This document shows positions 63,673 through 64,000 of a stretch of 64,000 nt of DNA, piece after piece. The stretch is from Octopus sinensis (taxonomy: Eukaryota): the NCBI RefSeq assembly GCF_006345805.1, contig NC_043023.1, positions 4,836,001 through 4,900,000 of the forward strand. The letters run 5' to 3'. The notes beneath the pieces are model-generated. The model was not told the origin of the DNA. It ran no database searches and saw only the letters and a program-made list of their open reading frames with translations. A program made the translations under genes and the position numbers. Numbering within the stretch: position 1 is the stretch's first letter; every line of letters starts with the position of its first letter.

Positions 63673-63819
63673 AGTGTAAATCATATAACTAATAACACTG
63701 GCCATTGACCAGCCTTGTAGTAGTCTGGCACTTAGCCATTCAAATAACCACAATTCATAAATAATGCAAATAATGTATTGATGCAGCCAATTTTAATAAT
63801 AGAACTACTAACGATGGTA

Positions 63820-63985
63820 GGCGGCAAGCTGGCAGAATTGTTAGCATGCCGGGCGAAATGCTTAGCGGTATTTTGTCTGCTGTCACGTTCTGAGTTCAAA
63901 TTCCGCCGAGGTTGACTTTGCCTTTCATCCTTTCGGGGTCGATTAAATAAGTACCAGTTATGCACTGGGGTCGATATAATCAACT
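63820..63985 (+). mobile_element. SINE family 2 copy
   Basis: GGCGGCAAGCTGGCAGAATTGTTAGCATGCCGGGCGAAATG...GAGTTCAAATTCCGCCGAGG. Confidence 0.85.
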
Positions 63986-64000
63986 TAATACATATGTCTG

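Overview
AT-rich, repeat-dense animal genomic DNA, not prokaryotic. The SINE/RTE/microsatellite content suggests an octopus, but that is inference. Two intron-containing genes lie on the + strand. The first is the 3' end of PARN (poly(A)-specific ribonuclease; firm exons 863-937, 2059-2233, 17272-17375, 20621-20667, plus two candidate exons). The second is a complete TMA16 gene (7 coding exons, 30918-54787, 717-nt CDS, 238 aa). The rest is transposon or simple-repeat DNA: tRNA-headed SINE families, at least three RTE-type LINE families, mariner/Tc1 relics, MITEs, a Helitron-like insert and mini/microsatellites. Main observations: (1) a 2085-bp gag/ORF1-only retroelement with a CCHC knuckle and an exact 15-bp TSD, inserted at the same SINE-head site used by two independent SINE insertions; (2) hammerhead-ribozyme-like motifs, one a complete single-mismatch fold on the sense strand of a TMA16 intron and others at the centres of fold-back palindromes; (3) a TSD-flanked 413-bp element made of the 5' and 3' ends of the near full-length RTE in the same window. 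No CRISPR, rRNA or intact tRNA genes were seen. All homology calls come from reading the sequence and recalled family motifs; no searches were run.
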